This document shows, in pieces, positions 1 through 8,950 of a stretch of 64,000 bases of DNA. The number at the start of each line of letters is the position of its first letter. Position 1 is the stretch's first letter. The notes under the pieces are model-generated. The model made no database searches and was not told the origin of the DNA. It saw nothing but the letters and a program-made list of their open reading frames with translations. The stretch lies in contig BJHF01000027.1 in assembly GCA_014191855.1 (NCBI GenBank), positions 488-64,487 of the forward strand. Direction: 5' to 3'. The translations under genes and the position numbers were made by a program. This DNA is from Deltaproteobacteria bacterium (GTDB lineage: Bacteria > Myxococcota_A > UBA796 > SXON01).

Positions 1-723
1 GGCGGCGAAGCAGCGGCCGCTCAGGCTGGCGACGCGCTGGAAGAAGGGGATCGGATTGTCTCGGGAGACGGCGGTCGAGCCGTGCTGGGGCTCGGCGCGG
101 ATACGCGGGTAACGGTGGACGCCAGCACCTCGGTGAAGGTGCTGGGCGTGGTGGACAACGGGGTGCGCCTGGAGCTTGAGGGTGGGCGCGTCACGGCTAC
201 GGTGCGCCCCGGCGGGGGCCGGCTCGGCATCGTGAGCAACGGGCGCGAAGTAACCGCGGAGGACGCGGACTTCACCGCCGTTCGCGACGCCGACGGCACC
301 CTCGCGGTCAGCGCCGAGCGCGGCGTGCTCGCCGTCTCCGGGATCGAAGGGGTAAGCGCGATGAACGCCGGGGACGACATTGTTTCTCCCGGAGATGGCG
401 GCTCCCCGCTGAAGGCGCCGGCCTCCGAAGCGCTGCTGTTGCAGGTGGCGTGGCCGGCCGCCGGTCGCACCCGCGAGGGCGAGGTGCTTGTGGAAGGCAC
501 CACGCAGCCTGGCGCCACCGTGACCGTGAGCGGGGGCGCGCGGCCCGTGTCGGTGAAGGCGGGAAAGGACGGGCGCTTCTCCGCGCGGGTCCCCTTGTCC
601 GAGGGGCGCAACGCGCTCTCCGTCTCCGCCAACTCCCTGCTTGGCCGCGCCGCCCAGGTCGCCAACGCCGAGCTTGTGCGGGATACGACGGCGCCGTCGG
701 TGGGCGTAACCCTCGAGTTCTAA
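1..723 (+). CDS. FecR-domain / Ig-like envelope protein, C-terminal part (5' end lies outside the window)
   Basis: Frame 1 is open from base 1 into ORF 82..723. LEEGDRIVSGDGGRAVLGLGADTRVTVD resembles FecR-type sensor domains. The C-terminus (ATVTVSGGARPVSVKAGKDGRFSARVPLSEGRNALSV) resembles a bacterial Ig-like domain. Third positions are G/C-rich. Confidence 0.6.
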   Translation, partial: GGEAAAAQAGDALEEGDRIVSGDGGRAVLGLGADTRVTVDASTSVKVLGVVDNGVRLELEGGRVTATVRPGGGRLGIVSNGREVTAEDADFTAVRDADGTLAVSAERGVLAVSGIEGVSAMNAGDDIVSPGDGGSPLKAPASEALLLQVAWPAAGRTREGEVLVEGTTQPGATVTVSGGARPVSVKAGKDGRFSARVPLSEGRNALSVSANSLLGRAAQVANAELVRDTTAPSVGVTLEF

Positions 724-742
724 CGCCCTACTTCACGCAACT

Positions 743-1048
743 TCACTTCACGTGAGCCCGGGCCCACTCGTTCGTGAAGTAGCCGTCCCCTTCCTTCGGG
801 CGCATCGGGGAATCGCGCCGGGCGAACACCTCGTCGCGCAAGAAGGTGGCCAGCAACTGGCGGCCCGGCTGGCCCTGGTTCAGCCAGCGCTCCCGCAGCA
901 TTCGGTACACCGCCTCTTCTGAGGCACCTTCACCCACGCCCGCGATCCGCCGCAGCGATGCATCGATCCACGCCGCACTCTCGGCGTTGCAGGTGACTTG
1001 TGCTTCTTCGAAGAGCTCGGTGAGCCAGTCCAGGTAGCGTGCGGCCAT
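743..1048 (-). CDS. hypothetical small protein (101 aa)
   Basis: Complete ORF with an ATG start and G/C-rich third positions. It has an ordinary amino-acid composition, unlike the Arg/Pro-rich antisense ORFs. I recognise no family. Confidence 0.5.
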   Translation of the reverse strand: MAARYLDWLTELFEEAQVTCNAESAAWIDASLRRIAGVGEGASEEAVYRMLRERWLNQGQPGRQLLATFLRDEVFARRDSPMRPKEGDGYFTNEWARAHVK

Positions 1049-1129
1049 GGGGACGTTCCTCGGGTTCGCCCTTTAGCCCCTCATCTCCGCCGCGGCGACT
1101 GCCGATCTCGTGCTCAACCTGAGCGTTTC

Positions 1130-2044
1130 ATGTCCGCCCTCCTGCTCCTCGCCCTCGCCTGCGCCGACTCTGCCGTTCCCGAAGCCACCTCCGCGCCGCT
1201 GAGCGGGGCCGCGGGCGGCACCTTCTTCCAGGTCGAGATCCCCGATTATTACGCCGGCGACGACGGGAAGCTGGTCGCGCAGCTCATCGAGGACGTCCCC
1301 GGGGCGCCGGGCAGCGTGGTGAGCGCAACGATGCAGGTCTCCGTCACCGACGAAGGCTACGTCTCGCTGGAGCTGCCCACGCCCACGGACGAGAGCATCG
1401 ACAGCGTTCGGTACCGCTTCGCGCTGCGCGAGGCGCTCGCGGATGGCACGGCGGGGGCGTTCCGCGGCATCTGGACCCCACGCCTCACCTGGCACGCCAC
1501 ATCCGACGCCGCCGGGGCGCCCCCGGGCTGGTCGACCGAGCGCTCCACCCGCAGCGGCCTCTCCTGGACGCCCGTCGCCGACACGGAGCTGAAGCTCAGC
1601 CTGCTCCCCGTCGAATCACTCGTCGCGGGGGGACCGTTCGACGTGCCCGACGTCGTTACCGACGCCGGATCGAACGTCCGGGTTGCGCTGCTCGATGGCG
1701 ACGAAGTCGTGGAAGGCGCCGTGGGCATGGTCCTCGACGGCACCTGGGCGATCATGCTGGACGGTGCGCCCGACACCGAGCGCTCGCAGCTCCGACCCGT
1801 CGCCTTCATCGACGCCAACGGCGATCTCGCCTACGATCCCGCCAGCGAGGCGAGGATCGGCCTCGCCTGCGCCGAGAGCTCCGAGGCCTTCGTGAAGTGG
1901 ATCGATGAGCCCTACACCGTCGTGGCCGCGGACTCGGTGAAGAGGCACGGTGCCAGCGTCGGCTGGAACTCGTGGATGGCGGGCGGTCGCGTCGGCGGCC
2001 CCACGCACGGAACGGTCGTACGTATTTCCCCCACCTGCGACTGA
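1130..2044 (+). CDS. lipoprotein of unknown function (paralogue of 2167..3168)
   Basis: The internal ATG of ORF 998..2044 gives MSALLLLALACAD, a signal peptide plus lipobox Cys. The C-terminal block AFIDANGD...GLACAESSEAFVKWIDEP...GASVGWNSWMAGG aligns with the next gene. Confidence 0.7.
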   Translation: MSALLLLALACADSAVPEATSAPLSGAAGGTFFQVEIPDYYAGDDGKLVAQLIEDVPGAPGSVVSATMQVSVTDEGYVSLELPTPTDESIDSVRYRFALREALADGTAGAFRGIWTPRLTWHATSDAAGAPPGWSTERSTRSGLSWTPVADTELKLSLLPVESLVAGGPFDVPDVVTDAGSNVRVALLDGDEVVEGAVGMVLDGTWAIMLDGAPDTERSQLRPVAFIDANGDLAYDPASEARIGLACAESSEAFVKWIDEPYTVVAADSVKRHGASVGWNSWMAGGRVGGPTHGTVVRISPTCD

Positions 2045-2065
2045 ACGTCGCACTGGGCGGTGTTC

Positions 2066-2103
2066 GCGGGGAGGATCAAAAAGATTCCCCCCGCGTTCTT
2101 TTT
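2066..2103 (+). terminator. Rho-independent terminator
   Basis: Hairpin GCGGGGAGGATC-AAAAA-GATTCCCCCCGC followed by TTCTTTTT, about 20 nt after the stop at 2044. Confidence 0.6.
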
Positions 2104-2166
2104 CCTAAGGTTCCCGCGCGCGCCGACCGATCTTGATGGGGTCACCCACAACCAGGAGACTCCATC

Positions 2167-3168
2167 ATGATCCGCTTCGCACCGCTTCTTCTCGTCGCCG
2201 CCTGCGCCCAGGAATCCTTCGCCCCGGAGGCGACCGACGCCTTCCTGGAAGTCGGCCCGACCGTGAAGGTCGCCACCACGCAGGACAACACCGTCGTGAG
2301 CCTGTACCCCATCCGACTCACCGAAACCGGCGAGATCGAGTGGATGGGCAACGCGCTCGTTTCCGCCCACTCCATGGACGGGTACGCCTCCCTGCAGCTC
2401 CCGCTTCGCTCCGGCGAGTTCGACCGCGACACGTCCAAGCCCAACAAGCCCGTCACCTACGTCGCCTTTGAGCAGACCACGGACCTCGAGGGCAACCCCG
2501 AGGCCTACACCGCGATCGGCACCGAAGTCGTGCAGTTCTGGAACGGAAAATCCGCCAGCAAGCGCCGCGGTTGGTTCGTCGTGCGCGACTCCGCTGGAAA
2601 GCCGGCCTACGCCTCCACGGACCGCATCATCGAGCTCGATGACTCCATCGCTCAGGCGGCCTCCGTTACCCTCGAAGGCCGCAAGGGCCAGGTCGGCGAC
2701 CAGCCGGTCCTGCTCGGCTTCAGCTCGCCGGAAGGCGTCGTGGCCGGCTGGGTCGGGGAGGTGTCCGAAACCTTCTCCTACAAGGTCGAAGGCGATGCGC
2801 CCTACCTGTACGTCGGTGAGGCCGGCTCGCACTACATCGACATGTTCCCGGAGGCGTTCGTCGACAGCGACAGCGACGGGGCGCGGGGCGAAGAAGAGGT
2901 GGTTGTTGGCGCGATCTGCTACGGCGAGTCGCAGGTGTTCATCTCGTGGGAGAGCCCCGCGATGACCCCGCAGGACGCCTTCGCCTACAACCGCGCCGGC
3001 CGCGTGACCGGCTGGCACGCCTACGCCGCGGGCGAGACGATGGCCGAGCTCATCCCCGAAGGCGCCGGCATGGCGATGCACCGGGACTGCGCGGTCGGCA
3101 TGACCACGGCGGTGGAAGGCGGGGAAGCCAACCCCGACGGCGCGGTAGAAGGCAACATCGGGGGCTAA
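2167..3168 (+). CDS. lipoprotein of unknown function (paralogue of 1130..2044)
   Basis: MIRFAPLLLVAACAQ is a signal peptide plus lipobox. An AGGAGA Shine-Dalgarno lies upstream. AFVDSDSDG...GAICYGESQVFISWESPA...GRVTGWHAYAAGE matches the previous gene. Confidence 0.75.
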   Translation: MIRFAPLLLVAACAQESFAPEATDAFLEVGPTVKVATTQDNTVVSLYPIRLTETGEIEWMGNALVSAHSMDGYASLQLPLRSGEFDRDTSKPNKPVTYVAFEQTTDLEGNPEAYTAIGTEVVQFWNGKSASKRRGWFVVRDSAGKPAYASTDRIIELDDSIAQAASVTLEGRKGQVGDQPVLLGFSSPEGVVAGWVGEVSETFSYKVEGDAPYLYVGEAGSHYIDMFPEAFVDSDSDGARGEEEVVVGAICYGESQVFISWESPAMTPQDAFAYNRAGRVTGWHAYAAGETMAELIPEGAGMAMHRDCAVGMTTAVEGGEANPDGAVEGNIGG

Positions 3169-3186
3169 TCCCGACCATTGAAGCAG

Positions 3187-3227
3187 GGCCGGGTTCGCCG
3201 CGAGGCGGGCCCGGCCGCTGCCGTTTT
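3187..3227. terminator. hairpin between convergent genes (possible terminator)
   Basis: GGCCGGG (3187-3193) pairs with CCCGGCC (3210-3216) and is followed by GTTTT. It lies between the stop at 3168 (+) and the stop at 3227 (-). Confidence 0.4.
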
Positions 3228-4057
3228 CAGGGCTCGTCCACCTCGGCAACGGCGGGCGGCGTCGGCATCGACCAGTCGAATCGGTCCAGGCCATAGCGGT
3301 CGGAAATATCCATCAGCTTCGCCGCATATTTTGGGTCGGTCGCATACTTTCCCTGCAGCGCCCGCGCGAACGCCGCAGGATCTTCCGACACCGCGCGTGC
3401 TTCGGCGTAACGGCTCCGGGTCGACAACAACCGAGCATGATCCTCGATCGACTCTGCAAACGAGCCATAGCTCCGGAAGCTGGAGCGCCGATGCACCCGC
3501 TTGCCATGGCGGTACTCGATGCCAACGTGGGAGGTGGATCCGGCGGACCCCTCCCCTTTCATCCCGAACAGATTGTAGCCCGGCGCCGTTTTCCCCCAGC
3601 CGCTCTCGATGATCGCCTGGGCCAGCGTGATCGAGGCCGGCACCCCCATCACTACGTCGGAGCGCATCGCCCCCGGCGCCACCTGCGCGAGGAACACGCC
3701 CCGGCTGCCCTCAGGGAGCGGCACCGTGGTCGTGAGCGCGGTGAAGCGGAGGGCGAGCAGCTCGTCGAGGAGCGCGAGCTCCCCCGGCGAAGCGGCCGCC
3801 ACGTCCACCATCCCAACCAGCCCGCTGAGCAACGATTCCACCCGTTCAAGGCTCTCTCCCACGCTCTCCGGCGCGGCCACCTGGGGCGCCAGCGCCGCCG
3901 CTTCGTCGTGGATCGCCGCCAGCGGATCGGGCTCCGCCGGGAGCGGGGGAGGCTCCGCGCCGAGCCGTGGCGCCGGAACGACGAGCAGGCTCAAACAAAC
4001 GGCGGGGAGGAGGCGACCGAATCGAACCAGCGTAGCTTCCGGGGAGGGAGCCCCCAA
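3227..4057 (-). CDS. secreted glucosaminidase-domain peptidoglycan hydrolase (FlgJ/mannosyl-glycoprotein endo-beta-N-acetylglucosaminidase family)
   Basis: N-terminal hydrophobic signal. The C-terminal half (ITLAQAIIESGWGKTAPGYNLFGMKG...FRSYGSFAESIEDHARLL...YATDPKYAAKL) is the glucosaminidase-domain signature. The start appears to be TTG at 4057 and is uncertain. Confidence 0.85.
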   Translation of the reverse strand: MGAPSPEATLVRFGRLLPAVCLSLLVVPAPRLGAEPPPLPAEPDPLAAIHDEAAALAPQVAAPESVGESLERVESLLSGLVGMVDVAAASPGELALLDELLALRFTALTTTVPLPEGSRGVFLAQVAPGAMRSDVVMGVPASITLAQAIIESGWGKTAPGYNLFGMKGEGSAGSTSHVGIEYRHGKRVHRRSSFRSYGSFAESIEDHARLLSTRSRYAEARAVSEDPAAFARALQGKYATDPKYAAKLMDISDRYGLDRFDWSMPTPPAVAEVDEP

Positions 4058-4093
4058 CTAACGAAATACGAGGATCAAGCAAGTCTTGACGCG

Positions 4094-4756
4094 TCAACCC
4101 CCCGCGAACAAGCCAGCGGACCGTCGCAAGCGCTTCAGCTCCAGCTCCACGCCGCGCCAGCCCCGGTCGTCGTCGAAGTGCAGGCCGATGAGCCCAGCCC
4201 GGGAGGCTGCGTCCACGTCCTTCTCCTGGTCGTCGCCGATGTGCACCGCCTCGTTCGCCGCCACGCCGGCCACCCGACAGGCGATCTGGAACAGCAGCGG
4301 ATCCGGCTTCTCCACGCCGTGCTCCGCGCTGCACACGAGCAGCGGGAACAGGCGGTCAAGCGCGAACCGATGGTACAAAACCCTCAGTCGTTCATCCCAA
4401 TTCGAGAGGATGCCGAGCCGCACCCCGCTGCGGGAGAGATCCCCGAGCACCCGGAGCGCCTCCGTGTCCACCCACCAGGCGCGGGGCCGCGAATACCACT
4501 CGTACAGCTCCTCGAAGAGCGCCTCATCGTCCACCTCCACCGCCTCCGCCACGAGCGGCGCCCAGAAGGCGCGGCCGTCCCCCGCTTGCGGCTGATCGCG
4601 ACGAGCGGCGAACGCGGCGCGGAAGCGCTGCTCGACCCGTACCGGGTTGCGCTCGTGCCCTCGCGCGCGGGCAGCGCGGGCGTAGGTCACGCCGACCGGC
4701 TCGCGAGGCCGAAGCAGCGTGCCACCAGCGTCCACAAATACCGCTTTTACCGCCAT
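4094..4756 (-). CDS. HAD-superfamily hydrolase
   Basis: The internal ATG at 4756 gives MAVKAVFVDAGGTLL (HAD motif I, DxG variant). Later come ILSNWD (motif II) and HIGDDQEKDVDAA (motif IV). The longer N-terminal ORF extension is Arg/Gly-rich and was rejected. Confidence 0.85.
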   Translation of the reverse strand: MAVKAVFVDAGGTLLRPREPVGVTYARAARARGHERNPVRVEQRFRAAFAARRDQPQAGDGRAFWAPLVAEAVEVDDEALFEELYEWYSRPRAWWVDTEALRVLGDLSRSGVRLGILSNWDERLRVLYHRFALDRLFPLLVCSAEHGVEKPDPLLFQIACRVAGVAANEAVHIGDDQEKDVDAASRAGLIGLHFDDDRGWRGVELELKRLRRSAGLFAGG

Positions 4757-5250
4757 CCCAGACCCTTCTTGCAGCCCCAGCGTACCGCCGCGCCGAGCGC
4801 CAGACCCCACCCCCACCCCGCGAGCACGTCCGTCGGCCAGTGCTGCCCGGTTACGACGCGGGAAGCACCGACCACGAACGAAACCGCCGCAAGCTCCGGC
4901 GAGGCGAGCACGGCCGCGAGCGCCATGGTGTTCGACGCGTGCGCCGAAGGCATCGCCCCGCCGCTCCCGCAGTGCGGGCTGCCGTCGATCACGGGCACCC
5001 CCACCCCCTCGAGCACCGCACACGGCCGTTCGCGGCCGATCATCGGCTTGAGCCCCCGCACGACGGTCATATCTGAGAGCCCGACAGCGACCAGGACCGC
5101 GAGCGTCCAGCGGAGGTGACCGTGCTTCCAGAAATACCAGAGCAACGGAGCGGCGAGCGCAAGCGGCGCCCAAGGCGAGTCGATTAGCGACCAGAGCGGA
5201 GGCGAAAAGCCGAAGAGCGCGTTCGCGCTTCGCAGCAGCGCTTCGTCCAT
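4747..5250 (-). CDS. PAP2-family phosphatase (membrane)
   Basis: KPMIGRERP...PSAHAS...SRVVTGQHWPTDV are PAP2 motifs C1-C3. The start was chosen at ATG 5250 (MDEALLRS), just downstream of the upstream gene's stop. Confidence 0.8.
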   Translation of the reverse strand: MDEALLRSANALFGFSPPLWSLIDSPWAPLALAAPLLWYFWKHGHLRWTLAVLVAVGLSDMTVVRGLKPMIGRERPCAVLEGVGVPVIDGSPHCGSGGAMPSAHASNTMALAAVLASPELAAVSFVVGASRVVTGQHWPTDVLAGWGWGLALGAAVRWGCKKGLGWR

Positions 5251-5257
5251 CAGTCGA

Positions 5258-6088
5258 TCACGGGTTGGGGTGCTCGGCGTGGTGCTCACGCGAGTCCACC
5301 ACCCGGCCGTATCGGTCGTAGATCGTGGCCCGGTCGGCTCCATTGTTCCAGATCGGGTCGAGATTGCCCAGGTACAGCTCGATCTGGGCTGCCGCGTCCA
5401 CGAGGTTCACTCCCTTCCCGCTGTGCAGCTTCACCGTTTGCCCCACCGGCACCAGCGCGGCGGGGAACTCCCAGTTGTTCCCGCTCACGTCTGCGATCCG
5501 GTACCCGCTCAGGTCCAACGGGCTGGGCGAGATGTTGCAGATGCGGAGATACTCCCCGTTCACGTTCTCCCGATCGTCCCCATCGGCGTTCGCGTGGAAC
5601 GAGGTGATGTGCAGCGCGCCCTGGAACCGCGCCGTGGACCAGATACCCCGCCTTGCCCCCCGGGCACGCTCCTGCGCGGCCATGAATGGCGCCATGTCGG
5701 TGTCGTCCGGCGGGATCAGGAACACGTGGCCAAGGCCAGCTTCCAGGATGGCGATGGAGAGGTTCTTCCCATCGATGTCCACGCCTGCGAGCAGCCGTCC
5801 GTACCCATCGCGCGCTCCGCTCCCCAACAACTTCACCTGCTTCTGCAGAACAAGGCTGGCGGTGAGCTCCCGCGCTTCTTGCCCGTACTCCTCCGGCGGC
5901 TTGAGTTCGGGCGTGTTCACCCATTTCAAGCGCACCTTGTCGCCCGTTGAGAGCGTCATCGTATCCCCGTCGTACACGGCGGAGACCACTGCATCCTCTG
6001 GCGGGGGGCGCGCGTCGGAGACGCGCAGCTCGTCGGGATCGACGCTCACTTCCCCGGCGAGAGCCAGCAGCGTCCAGAACAGGTTCAC
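5258..6088 (-). CDS. thermonuclease (SNase) domain fused to a lamin-tail domain (LTD)
   Basis: VYDGDTMTL...VRLKWVNTPE...YGRLLAGV...GLGHV is SNase-like. The C-terminus (ALHITSFHANADGDDRENVNGEYLRICNISPSPLDLSGYRIAD...ATIYDRYGRVVD) is LTD-like. The GTG start overlaps the upstream stop (GTGA). Confidence 0.85.
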   Translation of the reverse strand: MNLFWTLLALAGEVSVDPDELRVSDARPPPEDAVVSAVYDGDTMTLSTGDKVRLKWVNTPELKPPEEYGQEARELTASLVLQKQVKLLGSGARDGYGRLLAGVDIDGKNLSIAILEAGLGHVFLIPPDDTDMAPFMAAQERARGARRGIWSTARFQGALHITSFHANADGDDRENVNGEYLRICNISPSPLDLSGYRIADVSGNNWEFPAALVPVGQTVKLHSGKGVNLVDAAAQIELYLGNLDPIWNNGADRATIYDRYGRVVDSREHHAEHPNP

Positions 6089-8073
6089 CTCGTGCCCGAG
6101 GGCGGCGCCGCGGCCTTGGTAAACCGCCGCGCTTGCCAGATCAGGTAGGGGTCATCCGGCTCGAGTCTGGCCGCTTCACGGGCTTGAATGCCGGCCTCCG
6201 CGAGATCGCCCCGCACGTAGGCGACGACCGCCGCCGTGTCGCGATACGCGCTGTTCTTCGGGTCCGACTTCACCGCGCGCGAGGCGGCAGCAGAAGCGGC
6301 GTCCAGTCGATCTCCGCCAAGCGCCCAGTACCAAGCATCGCAATTGTCGCGCGCCGCGCCGCGCCGGAAGGGCTTGCAATCACGAGCGTACCCTTTCTCC
6401 AACGCCTCCCGGGCCGCCGGTTCGTCGGCCACGAGGCGCAGCGCTGCGCCCACAAAGTCGAGCGGCTCCGCCTCGGGGTGCAACCGACCCAAGGCCCGCG
6501 AAAGATCTGCCTTGAACGTGGAATGATCCTGCGGCTCCAGTGAGAGCGAGTACAACCACATCGCCTGGCCACCGATGGGGTACACGTCCAGCAGGCTTCG
6601 CAGGGTGCTGATCGCGCCGTAGCGATCCCCCTGCTCCAACGCCACGAGCGCGCGACGGAATAGAAATCCGCTGCCGCCGCGGTCCACCGCGATCGCCTCG
6701 TCCAACGCACGCTGCGCCTCAGCCGGTCGGTTGTTCGCCAACAGCGCATCCGAGAGGCCAACGAGCAGCTCCTGCCGCACGTCCGCGTCCGCCACCTCCA
6801 ACTTCAGCGCGAGCTGAGCACGCTCCAGCGCCTCGGCCTCCCGACCGTTCGCGATCAGCGAGCCCAGCATCGTTCCCCAGATGCCCTCGTCCACCAGCTC
6901 GATGGGGCTGAGCGAAGCGAGCCGGGCGATCGCTTCCGCATCCTTGCCGTCGTAGAAGTCCACCCGGGCCGCCAGCGCGATCAGCGCCGGGTCCTCCCCG
7001 CTGCTCGCGATCGCCTCCTGGATCGTGGTGCGCGCCGAGGTCAGCTCGTCGTGCCCGATGAGGACCTTTGCCCGCGCGGCCGCCCGCCGGGGGTCGTGCC
7101 CATGATGCGCGAGGTCCTCCGCCAACCAGGCTGCAGATGCGTCAAACACACGCCGCTTTTGCGGTCGTTCGAGCGTGAGCCGCTCGCCCGGGTAATCGAT
7201 CACAACCCGCTGGTCGCCGTAGCTACGAAAACCGAGGAGGCCCGTCGAAACCGCGCATGCGTCTGCGCCAGGATCGTCCGGACTCGACCACCGGATTGGC
7301 CCGGTGCGCTTCGCGCGACGGCCCCCAAAGGTGAGCCACGTCGCCGGGATGTGCCGCGTTTCCGTCAAGAACTGGAAGTCGGGCACCTTGTCTAGCGCCG
7401 CGCCGATCCCGACCACGGGCTCCACGCCCAGCGTCGTAAAGGGTCGGAACGGCTCCCCCGTTTGGCACCACAGGCTGGTATCCGAGGCGCCCGTGTCAAT
7501 CTCGATGGTTACCGGCACCTTGGCCGTTACCCCTTCGTGCTCCGCCTCCACCATCACATCCACGATCACGCGGTTCCCCGCCACGCGGATCTTCTGCCCT
7601 TTTCCCTTGGCTTTGTAGGTGCCCGGCCGGTGCAGCTCCAGCCGATCCGCGGGGTAGTCCACCACGACCGTGAAGTGGCTCCACACGTTGTGGCCGAAGA
7701 TCCCGTCCACCGGGATCGCCCCCGCCATGTCCGGAACGCCCGGAACGCCAGTCGCGACATCCACATTGTCCAGGGTGAAGTCCCCAAGTTTTACGTTCGA
7801 CAGCGTGGCGCGTTGCCAGCTCACGCTGCCAGAGAGCCCGGCCACCCGCCCCCCGGCATCTTCGCTCACGAGGCCGAGGCGCTCGGCGGCCTCGGGGTTG
7901 ATCACCGAGATGGCCGCGCCGGAGTCCACCAGGAACAGCCCGGTGCTGCCGTCCGGAAGCACGGCTTGTACATACACTTTGTCCGCGCCGGGCGAACCCC
8001 GCCACAGGTCGAGCGTCGTGCTGTCCCCCGCGCCCGCGAGGGCCGCCCCGATCCCTACGACGAAGCTGAACAT
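6085..8073 (-). CDS. secreted protein with two retropepsin-like aspartyl-protease domains and C-terminal TPR repeats
   Basis: LFLVDSGAAISVI and IEIDTGASDTSLW are retropepsin-type D-[ST]-G-A motifs. The C-terminal approximately 300 aa are TPR-like. The start was set at ATG 8073 (MFSFVVGIGAALAGAG signal). The longer ORF start at 8112 would overlap the upstream gene by 32 nt. Confidence 0.8.
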   Translation of the reverse strand: MFSFVVGIGAALAGAGDSTTLDLWRGSPGADKVYVQAVLPDGSTGLFLVDSGAAISVINPEAAERLGLVSEDAGGRVAGLSGSVSWQRATLSNVKLGDFTLDNVDVATGVPGVPDMAGAIPVDGIFGHNVWSHFTVVVDYPADRLELHRPGTYKAKGKGQKIRVAGNRVIVDVMVEAEHEGVTAKVPVTIEIDTGASDTSLWCQTGEPFRPFTTLGVEPVVGIGAALDKVPDFQFLTETRHIPATWLTFGGRRAKRTGPIRWSSPDDPGADACAVSTGLLGFRSYGDQRVVIDYPGERLTLERPQKRRVFDASAAWLAEDLAHHGHDPRRAAARAKVLIGHDELTSARTTIQEAIASSGEDPALIALAARVDFYDGKDAEAIARLASLSPIELVDEGIWGTMLGSLIANGREAEALERAQLALKLEVADADVRQELLVGLSDALLANNRPAEAQRALDEAIAVDRGGSGFLFRRALVALEQGDRYGAISTLRSLLDVYPIGGQAMWLYSLSLEPQDHSTFKADLSRALGRLHPEAEPLDFVGAALRLVADEPAAREALEKGYARDCKPFRRGAARDNCDAWYWALGGDRLDAASAAASRAVKSDPKNSAYRDTAAVVAYVRGDLAEAGIQAREAARLEPDDPYLIWQARRFTKAAAPPSGTR

Positions 8074-8080
8074 CGGTGCG

Positions 8081-8935
8081 CTAAACCCCCGCCTCTGTTG
8101 AAGTAGGCGCATCCAGCCGCTCCGGGTTCTCCAGCAGCGCCTTCATCTCCTTGGCCACCACGCCGCCATGGTAGCCGTCCACCACGCGATGGTCGAAGGT
8201 TCCGTTGATGTGGAGCACCCGCCCGATCACGATCTTCCCGTCCTCCACCACCGGTTTCTCCTCGATCGTGCCCAGCGTGATGATGATCGGCGTGCGCGCC
8301 AGCGGAAAGAACGGCGCGTATCCGATGGTGAGCCCGAACACGCCCACGTTGGTGACCATCGCCGACCCGAAGGGATCCCCGGGCGTGCCGAGGAATTTCG
8401 GGTTGATGTTGAGGGTGTACTGCAGAAAGTCGAGGAAACGCAGCACCGGCTTGATGAGGAAGCCAGGCAGTCCGGCCAGTCCCTTCTTCGTCTGATTGAA
8501 CTCCTCGTCGTTGCCGCTGCGGATCTTCACCGCCCGCTCGCGGATCATCTTGCCCATGGCCACCACATCGAGCTGCTCGGCGTTCTTGATCTTGATCCCA
8601 CTGAGATCAGTCTTGCCGATGTTCTCCGCGTCTTCCACCACGATCTGCATGAAGATGTCGATGTCGCGGCGCTGGTAGAGGCTGCCCATCCGAACCAGGG
8701 AATTCAGATCCCGGTGCTTCTGGATGATGAGCGCAAGTCCACGCGCCACCGCATGGCTCACCGTCACCTTCTCCCCGGAGTCCACCCGCTTCTTCGCGAT
8801 CCACGCCTCAAGCCGCTCCGATCGCACCTCCAGCGATCCGTACACGTGCGGATCGTAGGGATGGTCCCACACGTTCGCGGCGATCTGCCGGTACGTCGAA
8901 GGGTTCGGGTACCGAGTGAGCTCGATGTTCGGCAT
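8081..8935 (-). CDS. stand-alone 2-oxoacid dehydrogenase acyltransferase (E2) catalytic-domain protein
   Basis: The C-terminal INGTFDHRVVDGYHGG matches the E2 catalytic DHRxxDG motif. There is no lipoyl or E3-binding domain in the 284 aa. Confidence 0.85.
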   Translation of the reverse strand: MPNIELTRYPNPSTYRQIAANVWDHPYDPHVYGSLEVRSERLEAWIAKKRVDSGEKVTVSHAVARGLALIIQKHRDLNSLVRMGSLYQRRDIDIFMQIVVEDAENIGKTDLSGIKIKNAEQLDVVAMGKMIRERAVKIRSGNDEEFNQTKKGLAGLPGFLIKPVLRFLDFLQYTLNINPKFLGTPGDPFGSAMVTNVGVFGLTIGYAPFFPLARTPIIITLGTIEEKPVVEDGKIVIGRVLHINGTFDHRVVDGYHGGVVAKEMKALLENPERLDAPTSTEAGV

Positions 8936-8950
8936 CTGAGCTTGTATCGC

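Noticed and set aside
726-760. Short ACTTCAC/GTGAAGT repeats and a CACGTG palindrome at the convergent junction 723/743.
   Set aside because: They are very short and partly inside the last codons of the 743..1048 gene. This is compatible with chance or a minimal terminator stem, so it is not reported as a finding.
1912-3294. Long antisense or out-of-frame ORFs throughout the track. Examples: 1912..3294(-), 3437..5119(+), 8168..9520(+), 9373..10512(-), 18257..19966(-), 20882..22807(+), 34075..35988(+), 40204..41283(-), 42121..43671(-), 47144..48559(+), 47943..49208(-), 54201..56213(-), 61025..62227(-).
   Set aside because: Their translations are Arg/Pro/Gly/Ala-rich and low-complexity with no family resemblance. 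Each lies opposite, or out of frame with, a gene that has strong recognisable homology. This is the expected stop-codon-poor artefact of a high-GC genome.
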